Shown here: positions 27,134 through 40,249 of the stretch, in pieces | Layout: every line of letters starts with the position of its first letter | Numbering within the stretch: the first letter of the stretch is position 1 | Source of the DNA: a virus | Virus record (IMG/VR): IMGVR_UViG_3300037483_001670 | Span: 1-64,000 of that record | DNA: 64,000 nt | Strand: one strand, 5' to 3' | The notes under the pieces: generated by a model | What the model saw: the letters and a program-made list of their open reading frames with translations, nothing else | What the model was told of the DNA's origin: nothing | Database searches by the model: none | Made by a program: the position numbers and the translations under genes

Positions 27134-27971
27134 GAGAGGCCTCTTTCGGTTGCTCGACGCGCTGGACGGTCATGTCAGCTGCTGCCGTTGTGCGATGCGG
27201 TGGAGAATGGCTTGCGCAAGCGCTTCCGTGTCCACCCTGTCGAGTGCCGGCAGACCAGCGCCCGAGACCGTGCGGTGCCACGCGGACAAGGCTTCCACGA
27301 TGGTGTCGCCGAGATCGCGGTAGCGCATGGCCGGAATGGAAGCCTGGCCGCGCTCGCCGCCCCACGTATGCGCTTGACCCGTGAACGGTCGACCGCGGTC
27401 GCCGCCGAGGCTGCCGGTGTGAACGGCATGGGCGAGCACCTGGACCATGCCCATCGGCAAGACGGGCAAGCGCCGAACCGCGGAGAGCTGGTCCGGCGAG
27501 AGGAGAATGCGGTGGCCTTCGTCGTATTCGTAGTTCTGCCCGCAGAAGTCGCAGGTCCAGTCACCGTAGGTGTCCACGAGGTTGTACCTGTCGCAGACGA
27601 TGCACGTGGCTTGGTGTTGCATCATGTGGCGGCTTTCGGTGCGGGCGCCGCTTCCTGCCGCAGGCGCTTCGAGTGGTAGTCGGAGAGGCCGGCCTTCTTG
27701 GCGAGCGCTTTCGCCCCCAGCAGGAGATCGTAGTGGTTGGCAACGAGGATGCCGTCCGCCGTAACGACGGCCGGAGCGATGCAAGGTTCGAAAAGGTACC
27801 AGGGGGCGTCCGAATCCTTGGAGCAGGCCTCGATGTAGCTTTCGGCCATGGAGCGGTGCTGGAAGAAGGCCACGAACGTCGGGTCCTCGCCCTCGGAGCC
27901 CGTGAAGAGCGCCCATCCCGTGCGATCGTCTTGGGTCTCGATGTTGACGTCGTCGACGCGGTCGTTCTCGT

Positions 27972-28340
27972 TCATGGGGATCCTTTCTTGTTCCCGTAGA
28001 CGAGCTCGGGAAACAACGGTTCGGTGAGACGCGTTTCGTAGATGGGGTCGCGGAGCGCAGCCGTCACGGCGGCTCCGCGCTTCTTCCGCAGGACGCCCAC
28101 GAACGTTGCGCGATCGATTTGAACGGCGCCGGCGGCGAGCGCCGCGGGGACGCGACCTTCGAACATGTCGTAGTGCTCCCGCCAGGTGCCCCCGTGCTGG
28201 AGCCATGCGGGTTTCAGCCCGATCCGTCGCGCGAAGGTGGCGAGCTCGGAAGGGTCCCCGTCGGTGATCAGGTGCGCGGCCTTCCCGAGGCGCGCGCAGA
28301 GCGGTCCTGGCCAAATTTGCGGGGTATCGAAGTAGATCAT
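27972..28340 (-). CDS. DUF4031-like protein
   Basis: HLITDGDPSELATFARRIGLKPAWLQ...EHYDM. Confidence 0.8.
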   Translation of the reverse strand: MIYFDTPQIWPGPLCARLGKAAHLITDGDPSELATFARRIGLKPAWLQHGGTWREHYDMFEGRVPAALAAGAVQIDRATFVGVLRKKRGAAVTAALRDPIYETRLTEPLFPELVYGNKKGSP

Positions 28341-28397
28341 CCGCGCCGCGAGGCTCCGGGTTGCGTTGGACTCGGTGGGTCGTTTACACTAGGGATC

Positions 28398-28643
28398 ATG
28401 GCTGTTGTCGTAGAGGGCTACATCACGTTCGTGGCGCCGGGGTCGAAGACGCCATGGCAGGCGATGTACCGCCCCAAGGCAGGCGAGACGCTCCAGGCGA
28501 ACCAGTCGAATACGCTTCCCACGCTCTTCCAGTCCGTGAAGGACGCGGAAGTGGCGATCGAGGCGCGCGTCGGCAAGAAGCTCGCCTGGACGCCCCCCTC
28601 GCCCGGCGCGACGGTGTTGACGTACATCGGGCGGTCCTCGTAG
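28398..28643 (+). CDS. Small hypothetical protein, lone plus-strand gene in the minus-strand block
   Basis: AGGGA RBS before ATG 28398; TACACT -10-like hexamer upstream. Confidence 0.6.
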   Translation: MAVVVEGYITFVAPGSKTPWQAMYRPKAGETLQANQSNTLPTLFQSVKDAEVAIEARVGKKLAWTPPSPGATVLTYIGRSS

Positions 28644-28844
28644 CGTCTCAACCGCCCCCCTTGCCCAGAGCTTCGAGTTGGCTGGCGCACTCCATGAGCG
28701 CGCTCGCTTTCGCCGAGTTGACACGTTCTTCGGCGCTTCCAATGAGTTGTCCAAGCGCCTGCGCTTCGTAGACGCGCGCCTTCCGGCGCCATCGGAGAAC
28801 GAGAGCTTTGTGCGCCGTTGCTCTTTCGTGCTCGACCTCGGCCA

Positions 28845-29177
28845 TTAGATCGTGCCGGCGACAGGTCCGGCCAGCGGTGGCTGCTTCGGTCCGAAGTGCT
28901 CCGGGTCGAGTTTGCGGATGGCGGCGCGAAGGAGCTCGAGCGAGGCCTTCATCTTCTCGGTCTTGCCAAGCTTGATCGCCCACTCCTCCATCTGGCTCGC
29001 GACGACGGTGGCGTTGGCGCACTTCGCCGGATCTTCGCCGGCCTCGATGCGCATCAGCACCCAGAGACAGACGAGCGTCGGCGCGTGCGGGTCACGACCG
29101 AGCAGCGCGAAGTAGGGCTCGTCGGGGTGAGCAGCGGCGATGCAGTCGTACGGTCCAGGATTGTTTTTGGTGGCCAT
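28845..29177 (-). CDS. Hypothetical phage protein (DEPYFALLGRD family)
   Basis: HPDEPYFALLGRDPHAPTLV; AGGGAG RBS. Confidence 0.75.
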   Translation of the reverse strand: MATKNNPGPYDCIAAAHPDEPYFALLGRDPHAPTLVCLWVLMRIEAGEDPAKCANATVVASQMEEWAIKLGKTEKMKASLELLRAAIRKLDPEHFGPKQPPLAGPVAGTI

Positions 29178-32100
29178 GTTGATCTCCCTTTTTCAGTTCG
29201 GCCCGAAGGTAGCATCCCACCCTCGGCGGTACGCGTTGGTCGACACGCGGGCAGGGCCCTCGTGTCGGTAGACGATTTCCATCGTGCACTCGCCGTCGGG
29301 CGTGACGGTCAGTGTGCCGAGATCGTGGTTCGGCGGGATGGGCTGGCCCTCGCGCGCGGGACGCAGCTTCGCGACGTGCCCGCATTGCTGGGCCACGAGA
29401 AGGTTGCCGTCGGGCGCCAAGCCGAGCACCTGCACCTTTTCCTTTGGATTGGCGGTCTCTTTCTTCACGGCGGGCTCTCCTCTGGTGGGGTCGGCGGCGT
29501 CGGATCGGTTGGTGGCTCTGCCGGCGGTGCGGGCATCTCGGGTGGCGCTTCGTCGGGGTCCACTGACACGAAGTACCGGGCATCGAAGAGAAGCGGCTCG
29601 ACGACGACCGTGGCGGCCGCCGCAGCACGATCGATGTCGATCTTGGCGAGACCGCGCGCGGCGCTGTCCTTGGCCGGCAGGCTCAGCACCTCGCGGGCGA
29701 CCTCGACGTAGTACTCCCTGGCCTTGCCGCCCGCGGCGATGATTGCAGCGGCTTGCAGCATGCGGTTCCACCGCACGAAGGCCTCCTTGCCGGTGGCCGT
29801 GGCGGCGACGGCGCGCGCCCGGTGGACGAACTGCTCGATCGCGGCGTCTTCCTCTTCCTGGGTCTTAGGCGTCTCGTTCAGATCGTCCGGACCGGCCTCG
29901 AGCTCGACCGCCTGGTGGAGCATGGCGCGGAGCTCGGCGACGAAGAGCTCGGTCGACGCGATGCGGTTCCAGCAGGCGCGGATGTGTTTTGCGAGGCGCT
30001 GCTCGCGCGTGGTACCGTTCTTCTCGACGTCGGCAAGCTCGGGAGGTCCGATGAAAGTCGTGAACGCGGTCATGTGACTCCTTTGGTTCCAGCGGTGGGG
30101 GCATCCTGCGTCGCGTCGGTCACCGGCTCCCAGTAGCCGACACGCTGAGACGCGAGGACGCCGCGCATCACCCAGCATCCCTTGCCTGAGCGCGTGGGGA
30201 AAATGAGAACGCGGTCGATGACAAGGTTCGTCTTGCAGAGCCCGAAGGCCAGGTCGACGCTCTTCACGCCGACGATAAAGTCGGCATCCTTGGTGGTGTC
30301 GTCGATGGTCTCCTCCAGGTCGAGCAACGTGTCGACGCACGGCACGCTCATGCTGCGAAACCGGTAGGTCCCTCCCTCCTTCGGCATCCAGCGAATTTCC
30401 CCGAGGCGAGCCATCAGACGCCCTCGTCGCGCAGCGCGTCGGCATGCTTCAGGCAGCTGTTGGCGGCCCGACGCAGCACCGCAGCGGCTGCCGTCTCGCC
30501 CTCGGCGAGGCGGGCTCGGCGATGGCCGCGCAGGACCCGGTAGAGCGCGCGGAGCGTCGCCCCGGCGCCGTAATCGGCCACGAGCCGATCGAGCGAGAGC
30601 TTCGGCTCGTCGGTCGCTTCGTCGAGGCGGTGGGCAGCAGCTGGCATCAGTGTCCTCGCGGGAGGAGGCTGCTGAACCGGCCGCCGGACGCCACGACGGG
30701 ATCGGTCTGGCGCCACGCGCCGAGGATCGGCTTCAGGGTGGGGGTAATCATTGCGATCCAGCACGCAGCCTTGCCCCGCAGGTGCTCGAGCGACACGAAG
30801 ATCGCGCGGATGCGGTTCGGGTCGTTCGAGATGGTGCCGCCCCTCTTGCGACGCTCGGCCGCCTCGGCCTCGCTGGCCATCTTGAGGATGAACGTCTCGG
30901 ACACGAAGAGCGAAGCGACGGCCTTGTGCTGCACGGCGAGCGACTGGATCGTGCCCGCGTAGAGCTCCTTGCCGGCGGCATCGTCGCTGGCCGGCGGCGA
31001 TACCACGATCATGTGGCTCATGGGTTTCTTCGTCTTCGGATCGAAGGTGGCGTAGAGAAAGCATGCCGGGCGCACCTTGCCGATCTCGGCAAACTTCTTG
31101 TCGATGTGATCGCGGCACTGCTTGGAGCGCATCAGGATCTCGTCGTACGTCCAGAGGGAGTCCCCGCTGACAACGATCGCAACGTTCTCGCTCATCAGTC
31201 AGCCACGCGATGGAGGATGGGTCCCGCAGCGCCGACGGTCTCGATGACGCGCCCGCCCTCCTGAATCTCGGCGATGACGACCTCTTGGTCGAAGGCGCCG
31301 GCGATGGCCTCGGCGAGCTCGATGATTTGATCGGTGAACGCCTCGACGCTGTCGCCGCTCAAGTTGATGAGGATGACCTGCGCGCCTTCCTCGACCTCGA
31401 GCTGGCCGCTGACCTGGCTCGTGTAGATCCCCTTCTGCGCGAGGAAGCTCGAGTCGGTTGGCTTGCCCTGCGCAAGACGCACGTCCCGCACGACGCGGAT
31501 CAGGTCGTCCATGCTCCACGTTGGCTGACCCTGGACGTTGAACCCGACGAAGAGCCGGGCCGCGAGCGTCTTGCCGCCCGGCTCGCGCCAGGTGCGAGGG
31601 TCCGGGTTGGGCGTCGCCGTGTCCTTGTGGGTGACGAGGTAGAGGCGCCCCTTCGGTCGGAACGTTCCGGTGCGGCCGTTCTTGTGGTGCCAGGAGGCGT
31701 GGCCAATGTTAGCCGGAAGGACAGTCATGGTGGACTCCTACTTTGAGGGTGACGATGCTACCACAGTCGTTACAAACGTAATAGCTGCGCGGATTCTCTG
31801 CTTCGGGTACGCGGCATTCGAACCAGACGCGGTTGCCGAGGAGAGAAATCTGGACAAGCAAGTGGTCGGTTTGTTCGAAACGGCGGCGCGTCGACGGCGC
31901 CATGCCGAGGTATGCGAGCCATTGGCTGATCGGGCCGAGTGGTTTCATGGTGCGCGGCACGTGGCTCATGATACGCCCACGTCGGCGACCGGTGGGGGTT
32001 CCTCGCGGCGGCGCTTCCGGTAGTGGGCAAGCGCAGCGTCGCCGAAGGCCACATAGGCATCCTCCCGTTCGGTGTAGAGCTCGCTGTAGGGTTTGGACCC

Positions 32101-34476
32101 AGGCGGTGCGAAATCGGCCGCATCGCACGCCAGGCAGAGCATCGCCACTCGGTGGAGCGGCTCACGCAGCGCCCGGGGCACGCGTCCGCTGTTTGCGATG
32201 TCGGTGACCACCATGTACGCCAGGCGCCGCCCGGACGACACGTCGTCGCCGCCAGCGTGGGCGTCGAGGGCCTTGCGGAGATCGCGCTTGTTCATTCGGC
32301 CGGCGCGATCGATTGCAGGAGACCCTGGTCGTCGACGATGTACCGCACGCGCACTTTGTCGACGGGACCTTTCGGGTACTCCGACGGGGGAAAGAGCGCG
32401 ACCAGCGCGCGCACGGTGGCGTTGCGGTCGCACGGGACTTGTCGGCGGCCGACGTGAAAGGTCGCGACACCGCTGGCCGGGAGGCCGCTGATGCCGTGAA
32501 AGATGGCCGTACCTTTGGTCATGCGTCGGTGCTCCGGTCGTGAAGAGTGGGGTGGCGAGCGCGCAAGACAGCGCGCTCCTCGTCGCTGAGCTCGATGGGC
32601 GTGCCGTGAAGCACGATGGCGTTTCCGACGGACCAGGCCTCAATGACGTCCTCGACGATGTGCCGGACGTGTACGTAGATCATGGGCGAGCGAAGGACAG
32701 GCGTCGACATCGGGTTGCCGGCGGGCACAGGCAGATCTGGGTTGGGGATCCAGCCCGTGGGAGTGGAGTAACCGTCCTCCGAGAGGATGAGCCCGACGAT
32801 GGCGTAGGCGTCGAGCGTGTCGAGAGAAATGGCATCGACGTCCGCGGGCCGAACGTTGGCCCAGCCGTTTTGCAGGAAGTACTCGAGCATCGCGCGCACC
32901 TGGGTGTCCGGCTCGATCTCTCGCTCTTCGCGGAGCGCCAGGCACTTCTGGGCCACGATGGTGCCGAGTGCGGTCGGCTCGAGCGTGAGCTTGTCCGCGA
33001 TCTTGCGCAGCGTGAGAAACAGGCTCCGCTGGACGCAGCGCTCGCAACCGATCTCGGCGATGTAGAGGGCGCCGTCGGAGTTGCGCGCGATGCGTTCGCA
33101 GCCCCACCAGCCGCCGCCCACCGGGACGAGCGTGATGCTGCCCGGCTTCCGGGGAACGGCCTGGCCGCAATATTCGCAGGTGACGACGGCCACGACTAGT
33201 CTTCCTCGATTCTTTCTTCTACGACTTCTTCGTACCCGCGGCCCGATAACACTTCCGGCTTGTACCGCGACAAAGCCACTTCCCTACAATCTTCGCAGAC
33301 GCGGCAAAGTGGAATGCCACGTGCGTCGTTCTCCCACCACGAATTGGACTTGTCGTGCGTCAGCTGGTGGTCAGGCAGATTGGCTTGCGTGACTTTCTCC
33401 ATTGGCTTATCCGCCGATCAGCTTGTCGAGCATGAGCCGCGAGAACTCGAGATTGTCCATGTTGCCGGTGGTCTTGACGCGGCGCAGGGTGAGGGCGCCA
33501 TCCGCCAAGGTGAGCTCTGTTTTGTACGGCGCATCGGGCGAGGCGCGCATCAGCAGCGAAATGGCCGCGCGCTTCAGCTCGGCGAGGTCGATCTCGACGG
33601 CGAAGTGCACGGGCGTTGTGTCCTGGCGATTCAAGTGCGAGAGCTCGCCGAGCTCGAACTCGACTGTCTCCTTCACGATGTGCGGTGTGCCGATGCTGCT
33701 TTTCATTGGGGTCCCCTTTCGTTGGCGCGGTCTACGTCGGGAAAATGCAGTGGAAGAGATCGCCACGGCTTACCCATTGTCGACTTCCACCATCTCCTTG
33801 TAACGTCGTTCCGCCTCGTCCAGCGTCCACCCGGGGCTCGGTTCTTTGGCGGCGTGTTCGAATGAGGCGACGAGCGCCAAAACCTTGGAGGCCTGACACG
33901 GTGTCAGGCAGCGAACGTCGAGGCGCACGGTGCACTCTTCGTCGGAACCGTCTTGATCCTCGCGCGGATCGCACCACACGTGGACGTCGTACTCCTTGCC
34001 GTTGCGCTCCTCGTGGAACGACGCACCATCGCCGGGGACGCTGTGCTGATGATGTTCGGTGATGCCCGCATGGCCGAGCATGCGCGCGAGTCCGGAGGCC
34101 ACCCGAATCCGCGCGACGCGGCGGAGCTCCTTGCTGGCCTTGTCAGCGCGGTCGTCGCGCAGCGCGGGCAGGTACTCGGGTAAGAGCCGGCGCCGGATTT
34201 CGGCAGAGACCTGTTCGGGGGTGGCGCTCGACCGAACGGTGATCTTGCTTTGCGTATGATGGCGATGCGCGTCGAGCTTGCCGACGAGGTAGATGCGGTT
34301 CGGTCCGGCCCATGCATTGTGGGCGTGGAGCACGCTGCCGTTCGGGCCGATGAGGGTGCCCCAGTCCTTTGCGTCGCTGCACGATGCTTCGTCGCCCGAC
34401 GGCGGTTCGTAGCGGTAGTCGCCGAGCGCGGCGGCGACGGCGGTCAGGTACTTGCCGAAGGTGGTGAGCGCGGGCT

Positions 34477-35307
34477 TCACGACGACGGTACCGTGGTGCC
34501 CGCGACCTTCTTCGCGATCTCGCGGGCGTAGTACAGTGCCCCGGCGCTGGTGTGTCGCTGCCAGGCGCCTTCGGTCGGGGACCAACGAAAGCCGCTTGAC
34601 TTGAGCTCGCGACGGATGGGTTCGGCGGGCTTGCCGGGGAAATAGATGCGGATCCGGTTTTCGCTCTCTTCGATGCGGATGTCGCCGAAGTGTTCCGGCG
34701 CGATGGCGGGCCTCGCGGCGGCCGCCTCGAGCTGCGTGATCCGCTGCTGGACGCGCCGGATATTGGCGCTGAGGTTCGAGAACTCGTAGTCCGCGATCCC
34801 GATGCGCCCGCAAATGTCGGGCTTGACTTGGCTCGTGGCGTTCGGCTCGGAGAGGCCCATGTCGACGAGGCCCTTGATCGCGATCGGCTCCCACGGCTCG
34901 CCTGAGTTCTTGGCGTGCCGCTGGGCCGTACGGATGGTGACGTTGATCTCCTTGTACCGTGCGCGAATCTCCTCGAGCTCGGTAACCTTCGTCTTCAGCT
35001 TCACGACCGCTTCGGGATCGTCGCTCGAGATGGCGTCGTTGGTTGCGGCGGCCTCGGCGCGCCGCTCGAGCTCGTCGGCTGCCTTCAGCGCGGCGAAGCC
35101 CTTGCCGAGGTTCGTGTGGATGCGCTCGATGTCGCGTCGGTGGCGGCGCTCGCTGTGGTGCCCGACCAAGATCGGCTGGCCCAGCGGGATCACGTTGGAG
35201 ATGGCGTCGGCGGCCCCGATGCGTCGTTCCCCCTCGGCGCGCACTTTGACGGCACGGGTCTGGAGTCGCACAACCCTGTCGGCTTTGCGTTCAGCGTACG
35301 GTTTCAT
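34477..35307 (-). CDS. DUF3560-like protein
   Basis: IPLGQPILVGHHSERRHRRDIER; ISSDDPEAVVKLKTKV; GFRWSPTEGAWQR; AAGGAG RBS. Confidence 0.85.
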   Translation of the reverse strand: MKPYAERKADRVVRLQTRAVKVRAEGERRIGAADAISNVIPLGQPILVGHHSERRHRRDIERIHTNLGKGFAALKAADELERRAEAAATNDAISSDDPEAVVKLKTKVTELEEIRARYKEINVTIRTAQRHAKNSGEPWEPIAIKGLVDMGLSEPNATSQVKPDICGRIGIADYEFSNLSANIRRVQQRITQLEAAAARPAIAPEHFGDIRIEESENRIRIYFPGKPAEPIRRELKSSGFRWSPTEGAWQRHTSAGALYYAREIAKKVAGTTVPSS

Positions 35308-36225
35308 TGTCTGGCCTGATCTCCTTCACTTTAGACGATGTTACGTTCGTAACGGTACAATTTTTTACCTGGCCCGATTGCTGAGCTCTTCCAGTACCAT
35401 CGGTGTGACTTGGTACTCGTAGGCGGCGTTCGCTTCTCCCTCGGCGCCGCGACGGGCTCTACGTTGCAGGAGGCCTCTCGTGTGCAAGCTGGCGAGCGTG
35501 ACCCGTTCGCCGGAGCTGGCGGCCCGGTGCCATGTCGCGCGGCGAGTGGCGCCGTAGACCGTGGCGAGCGCGCCGAGCTGGAGCTTGGTTAGGGTCGGTC
35601 GGCTCATTCGCTGACCTCGTAGCTTTCGACCCGCCCGACGTACGTGAAAGCCTCACCTGACTTGTTAGTGCATCGCTCTTTGGCCGTTCCGTCGGCATAC
35701 GCTCGGGCTGCCGCCTCGGTCGTGAAGGCCTTGGACCAGTTCCAGACTCCCGTTGCCTGATCGACAACGAAGCCGACGTGAATTACGTCAGCTCGCGAGA
35801 GCGCCGACGTCACGCAGAGCTTTCCTGCATCGTCGAGAGCATGATCGTTGATCGCTTCCTGAAGGACGCCGGTATCGAGCACGTGATCGACGACGTCGAA
35901 AGCCGCTTCGTCGTCTCCTTCGATCTCCAATTGGACCAGGACTTTCATGGGCGGCCTCCGTTGAGCGTGTAGACGAGCGTGTCGCGTAAGAGCTTCAGGA
36001 CGCGCGACCAGTCCGCGCGGGGAACCGGATCGCCGCGCACGGGCAACCAGCGGCGAATCTCGAACTCTCCGCCGGTCCGAGGCCATTGACCGCGCGCCAG
36101 GGCGTAGCGAGCCTCGCCGGTCTCGTCGGTCGGAGTGGCCGTGCGGAGCAGGGTGACCACGCGCGTCGTCGGGTCGTAGTCGACCTCCCAGATGTAGCCG
36201 GAGATCTGTGCGTAGGCTTGTTGGC

Positions 36226-36804
36226 TCATTCTTGCTTTTCCCTGTAACTAGCGCCCGAGATGACCCTGCGGACGCACCGTCTCGAAATGTCGAATAGTCG
36301 CGCAAGTTGAGAAACGCTTTCGCCGTCGGCAGCGAGATCGCGCACGCGTCGCGCCGATCGGGTTGTAAGTTTGGCGTTGTGGTTGCGGGCTCCACCGTCA
36401 GATCGTTGGCGGCGATTGGCTGCCTGTTCGCGCGGGGTGGCCCATCGGCAATTAGCAGGCGAATATCCACGATCGTTCTTTTCCCGTTCAAGTGTCTTGC
36501 CGTGTGGGCGTGATCCCATGTCACTCAGAAAGCGCGGGAAGCCGCCTGGACGACGCCATCGAACACAGACGGTGATGCCTCGCGCACCGTATCGGCGATA
36601 CTCTGGAAAGCGCTCGTTAAAGCACCTGGCTAGCATCATGTGCCAAGAGTTCCATTCGCGCGGGTGCGTCGTTCTTGTGGCGATCAGCGAGGAGTCTCCA
36701 CGATTTGGCCGGACACCACGTCTACGAAGCCGACAAGCAGGTACCGCCAATTGATTCTTGTTCGCGTGTCGGGTAGTCGATCGGGTGGTGTTTTGATGGT
36801 GCAA
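36226..36804 (-). CDS. HNH-type endonuclease with C-terminal HTH; start uncertain, first Met at 36639
   Basis: SWHMMLARC..YRRYGARGITVCVRW..TLEREKNDRGYSPANCRWATPREQAAN. Confidence 0.8.
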   Translation of the reverse strand: MHHQNTTRSTTRHANKNQLAVPACRLRRRGVRPNRGDSSLIATRTTHPREWNSWHMMLARCFNERFPEYRRYGARGITVCVRWRRPGGFPRFLSDMGSRPHGKTLEREKNDRGYSPANCRWATPREQAANRRQRSDGGARNHNAKLTTRSARRVRDLAADGESVSQLARLFDISRRCVRRVISGASYREKQE

Positions 36805-37767
36805 AGCGCGCCGTACTTGAGAAATTGCAATTGCCCCATGTCAGCGTGGCCGAGGTCGTGGCACTGGTACGCGGCCCACGTTCCACCTCGTTCGCGCATC
36901 TTGGCGAGCGACTCCGGGTGAACGGCGCTGTCGCCGAGGAGCTGGTTCATGGCTTGACCTTTCGTCCGATGGCGACCGCGCCGTAGAGCTTGGCGAGCCG
37001 GCCGCCCTTGGTGGTGCGGGCCTCGACGCAGAGCGCGCCTAGTTTCTGGAGTACGATCACGATGTCGAAGGTTTCGGCCTCGACCTGGTCGCGGCCGAGC
37101 TCGCCGGGCGCGAACTGGTATTCGAGCCGGATGTGGCTGCCAGGGGCAGCGGGGCCCGGGTACGGTTCACCGTTGAGCAGCACGACCATGGGAAAGTCCT
37201 TTCTCGTCTTGGATGTTGCGGTGCCATCGGCGGAGCGCGCGGTAGCGGGAACGGATCGCAAAGTCGTTGTCGTTTTGAGGCGCTGCCACGACGAGGCGGC
37301 GCGCTGGTCGCTGGCCTATGCGCAGCGCTGTCGGCCAGCAATACGACCAACAGAGGAGCTTGCCGGCAACGAGGCGTTTCACGGCTTGTCCAGATCGGGC
37401 GAGCTGTCGCGCGCTTTCAGCTGCGCGGTGTGGTGCGGGCAAAGCCATTGAGGGCTCTTGCGCTCGTCGCGCACCGGACGGCCCTCCTTGTCGCGTAGCT
37501 GGGTGAACCCCGCGCGCTGTGCGTTGCGGTAGGCCTCGGATTTGCGCGGTGCCGGGTCGCTGCTCGTCCCGCATAGCGTGCACCGAACCTGATGGTTCTC
37601 CGGTTCCTCGAGCGGTGCGGAGGGTTCGGCGCGCTGGGTTCGACCGCTCGACGGGAACTTGGTCGCGAGCTGGTTGTTCCACTTGTGGTAGCGGGTCGCG
37701 AAGCCCTCGAGCGTTTCGCCGTCGCGACGCGGGCCGACCAGGTTGGTGTCGGGGGGAATGCTTTTCG

Positions 37768-38265
37768 TCATGAGTCGTCCTTCATCAGGCCAGCGTTGAG
37801 AAATGATGTGTGGCGCCCGTTCGCGCTGACGATGACGTGGTCAACGAGCGGGGTGCCGAGCGCTCCGGCGAGCTTGCGCACGAGGCTCGTCAATTCCTTG
37901 TCTTCCTCGCTCGGGGTCGGATCGCCGGACAGGTGGTTGTGGCCCATGATGAACGCGCTGGCGTTGGCGAGCAGTAGACCTTTCAAGATGTCGCGCGGCG
38001 CGAGGCCGCACGAATGCATGCCTCCGATGGCGACGATCTCGGCGCCGATGAGCACGTTCTGGCCGTTGAGGTAGAGGCACACGACCTTTTCTCGGTCGGC
38101 GTCGTCGAGCAGGGCGTGGAGCACGCGAGCCGCGATCTCGGCCGCCTCGACACGGTAGGGTGGCGATTCGGTTTCACCGGCGCGCACCGGGTAGCTGATT
38201 GTCCGCTCGCGGACGAGCTTGACGCGGTACTGCGGGATCTTCCAGACGGGACCCTTGGGTTTCAT
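37768..38265 (-). CDS. radC: RadC/JAB-domain protein
   Basis: DREKVVCLYLN..AFIMGHNHLSGDPTPSEED..LVDHVIV. Confidence 0.9.
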   Translation of the reverse strand: MKPKGPVWKIPQYRVKLVRERTISYPVRAGETESPPYRVEAAEIAARVLHALLDDADREKVVCLYLNGQNVLIGAEIVAIGGMHSCGLAPRDILKGLLLANASAFIMGHNHLSGDPTPSEEDKELTSLVRKLAGALGTPLVDHVIVSANGRHTSFLNAGLMKDDS

Positions 38266-39289
38266 TTGCTGGGCTCCGGCGCGGGGGCCGCGCAGTTGTT
38301 CGGCGACCAGGTGGGCGCGAGCGTGCGCGGCAGGACGATGACGTGGCCGACCGGGTAGCCGGCTCCACCGATCTGACTGGGCACGGCGGCGACGAGGCGC
38401 ACGCGCATCGACTTGCGGTTCAACTTCACGACCACGGCGCTGGCCCGGTAGTAGCAGTGGGAATTGGTCCACCGCGCCTCGACGACGGCGCCCTCGGCGA
38501 GCTTTTCGTCGAGGCGCACAAGGTCGGAGATCTGGGGTTGAAATTTCATGGTGGTTATCCGCAGTTGATGGAGCGAGCGTCCTGGGCGAGCTCGGCGACG
38601 AGATCGCCGTCACGGTCGACGTGCGTGCGGTGAGGCACGCCGCTGAAAAACGCTTCGAAGGCGACGTGCTGGTACTTGCGCGCGGCCGGGTGAGACACCG
38701 AGCCGTTGCCGTCCGGGTAAAACGGGCGGAGCGCGTACCACCGGCGCATGCCGCTCGCTGCGTGCAGGTTCAGGCTGACGCCGTCGGCGAACGATGCTTC
38801 GAGCACGCCGTGCTTGTCACGGAAACCAACGAGAGGCGCGACCTTGTTGCTAGCCATGGGAGACTCCTTTCTACCGTTTGAGACCGCGGAGGGCGTCGAG
38901 CACGCGCAGGACGAGCTGGTAGCGCCGCCACGGGCGCCCGGTGTGGTTCGCCTGAGACGAGATGTTGCGGAGACGCACGACGATTCGCTGAAGTCGAGCG
39001 CGGCGCGCCTTGGTCATCATGTTCGGCACGCGGAGCCGAAACCGGCGTAGCCAGCTCGGCCCGAACTCGTTGCGGACTTGTTGGAGCTCGGCGCTGATCT
39101 CGCCGTCGACTCGAGCGCGCGCGTACGACCAGTCGACCGACAGCTTCGACTTCCACGTGCGCCCGTTGGCGCGCGCGTACGCGATGAGCGCCGCCAGCTG
39201 CGCCGGGTTCGGTTGCTTTGCCACGCCCGCCTTGGCGGCGGCGGGTTTCGGCTCGGTCTTGACGTTGCGCATGCGGGGCCAGCTCATGA

Positions 39290-39655
39290 TCACCGTGCCC
39301 GGGCGGCGCCGTACGGAGTCACGCCCTTGACTGCGTCGCTCTCGTAGATGTTGCCGCGGGCACCCTTGGCGGGCCCCTTCCAGCTGGCGGGCTTCAGGAT
39401 GTTGCCGTTCGTCGTGTCGACGAAACAGTAGCAGCACCCGCGGCCGTGCTCCTTGAGTCCTTGCTCCGTGTTTTTCCACACGCGCACGTAGCGCTTGCCC
39501 ATCTCGGGCTTCAGCACCTCGCGCGGAATGTTTGGGAAGTTGCGGGTGCGGTGCGCGTCGATCATGGCTTGCGCCTGCTCGAGGAACTTGGCGAGGGCCG
39601 CCTCGAAGTCTTGGGTCGGGGCGGTCGAGACGGTCGGCTCGGTCGCGTCGTTCAT
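39290..39655 (-). CDS. Conserved phage protein
   Basis: GKRYVRVW...FVDTTNGNILKPASWKGPAKGARGNIY. Confidence 0.75.
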   Translation of the reverse strand: MNDATEPTVSTAPTQDFEAALAKFLEQAQAMIDAHRTRNFPNIPREVLKPEMGKRYVRVWKNTEQGLKEHGRGCCYCFVDTTNGNILKPASWKGPAKGARGNIYESDAVKGVTPYGAARAR

Positions 39656-40249
39656 GGTTGGGTCACCTCCGGTTCGGGTTGATCGTTGGCTTGCGGCACG
39701 TCGAGGCCGGCCGCGATGGCGAGCATTTGCAACCCGACGAGAGCGCCCCAGCTTGGGGCCCAGATCATGTCGGGCGTGGTCGGCGGGTGCTTGTCGCGCC
39801 ACGCGTAGAACTCGCCGAGGAGAACCGCGGCAGCGTGGGTCGATACCCACAGACTCTCGGCGTTGCCCCACGTGCCTTTACGGGAGGAGAGATCGCCGCC
39901 TTCGGTGAGCTCGCCGGCCGCGTTGAATGCGTGCGTGCGGATGAGCGCGGGGAGGGCGAAGGGTTGCGCGATCGGTGCGAGCCTTCGGTCGTAGTCGCCC
40001 GCGTAGTTCGTCATCCGCGAGATCTGCGAGCGCGTGTCTTCCGACAGCAGCACGTAGCGGCGCACCTTCACGGTGTCGCGCGGAACGCGAATCTCGGCGA
40101 CGAGTACCGGGGCCGGCACGGTGCACGAGTCAATGATCGCAATGCAATGCACTTTGATCTTCATGAGTTGTCCTCCGTGTAGACGGTCGGTTCGGGAGCG
40201 ACGTACGAGGCCACGGAGAACGTGCCATCGACGCGGTCAGTGCAATATC

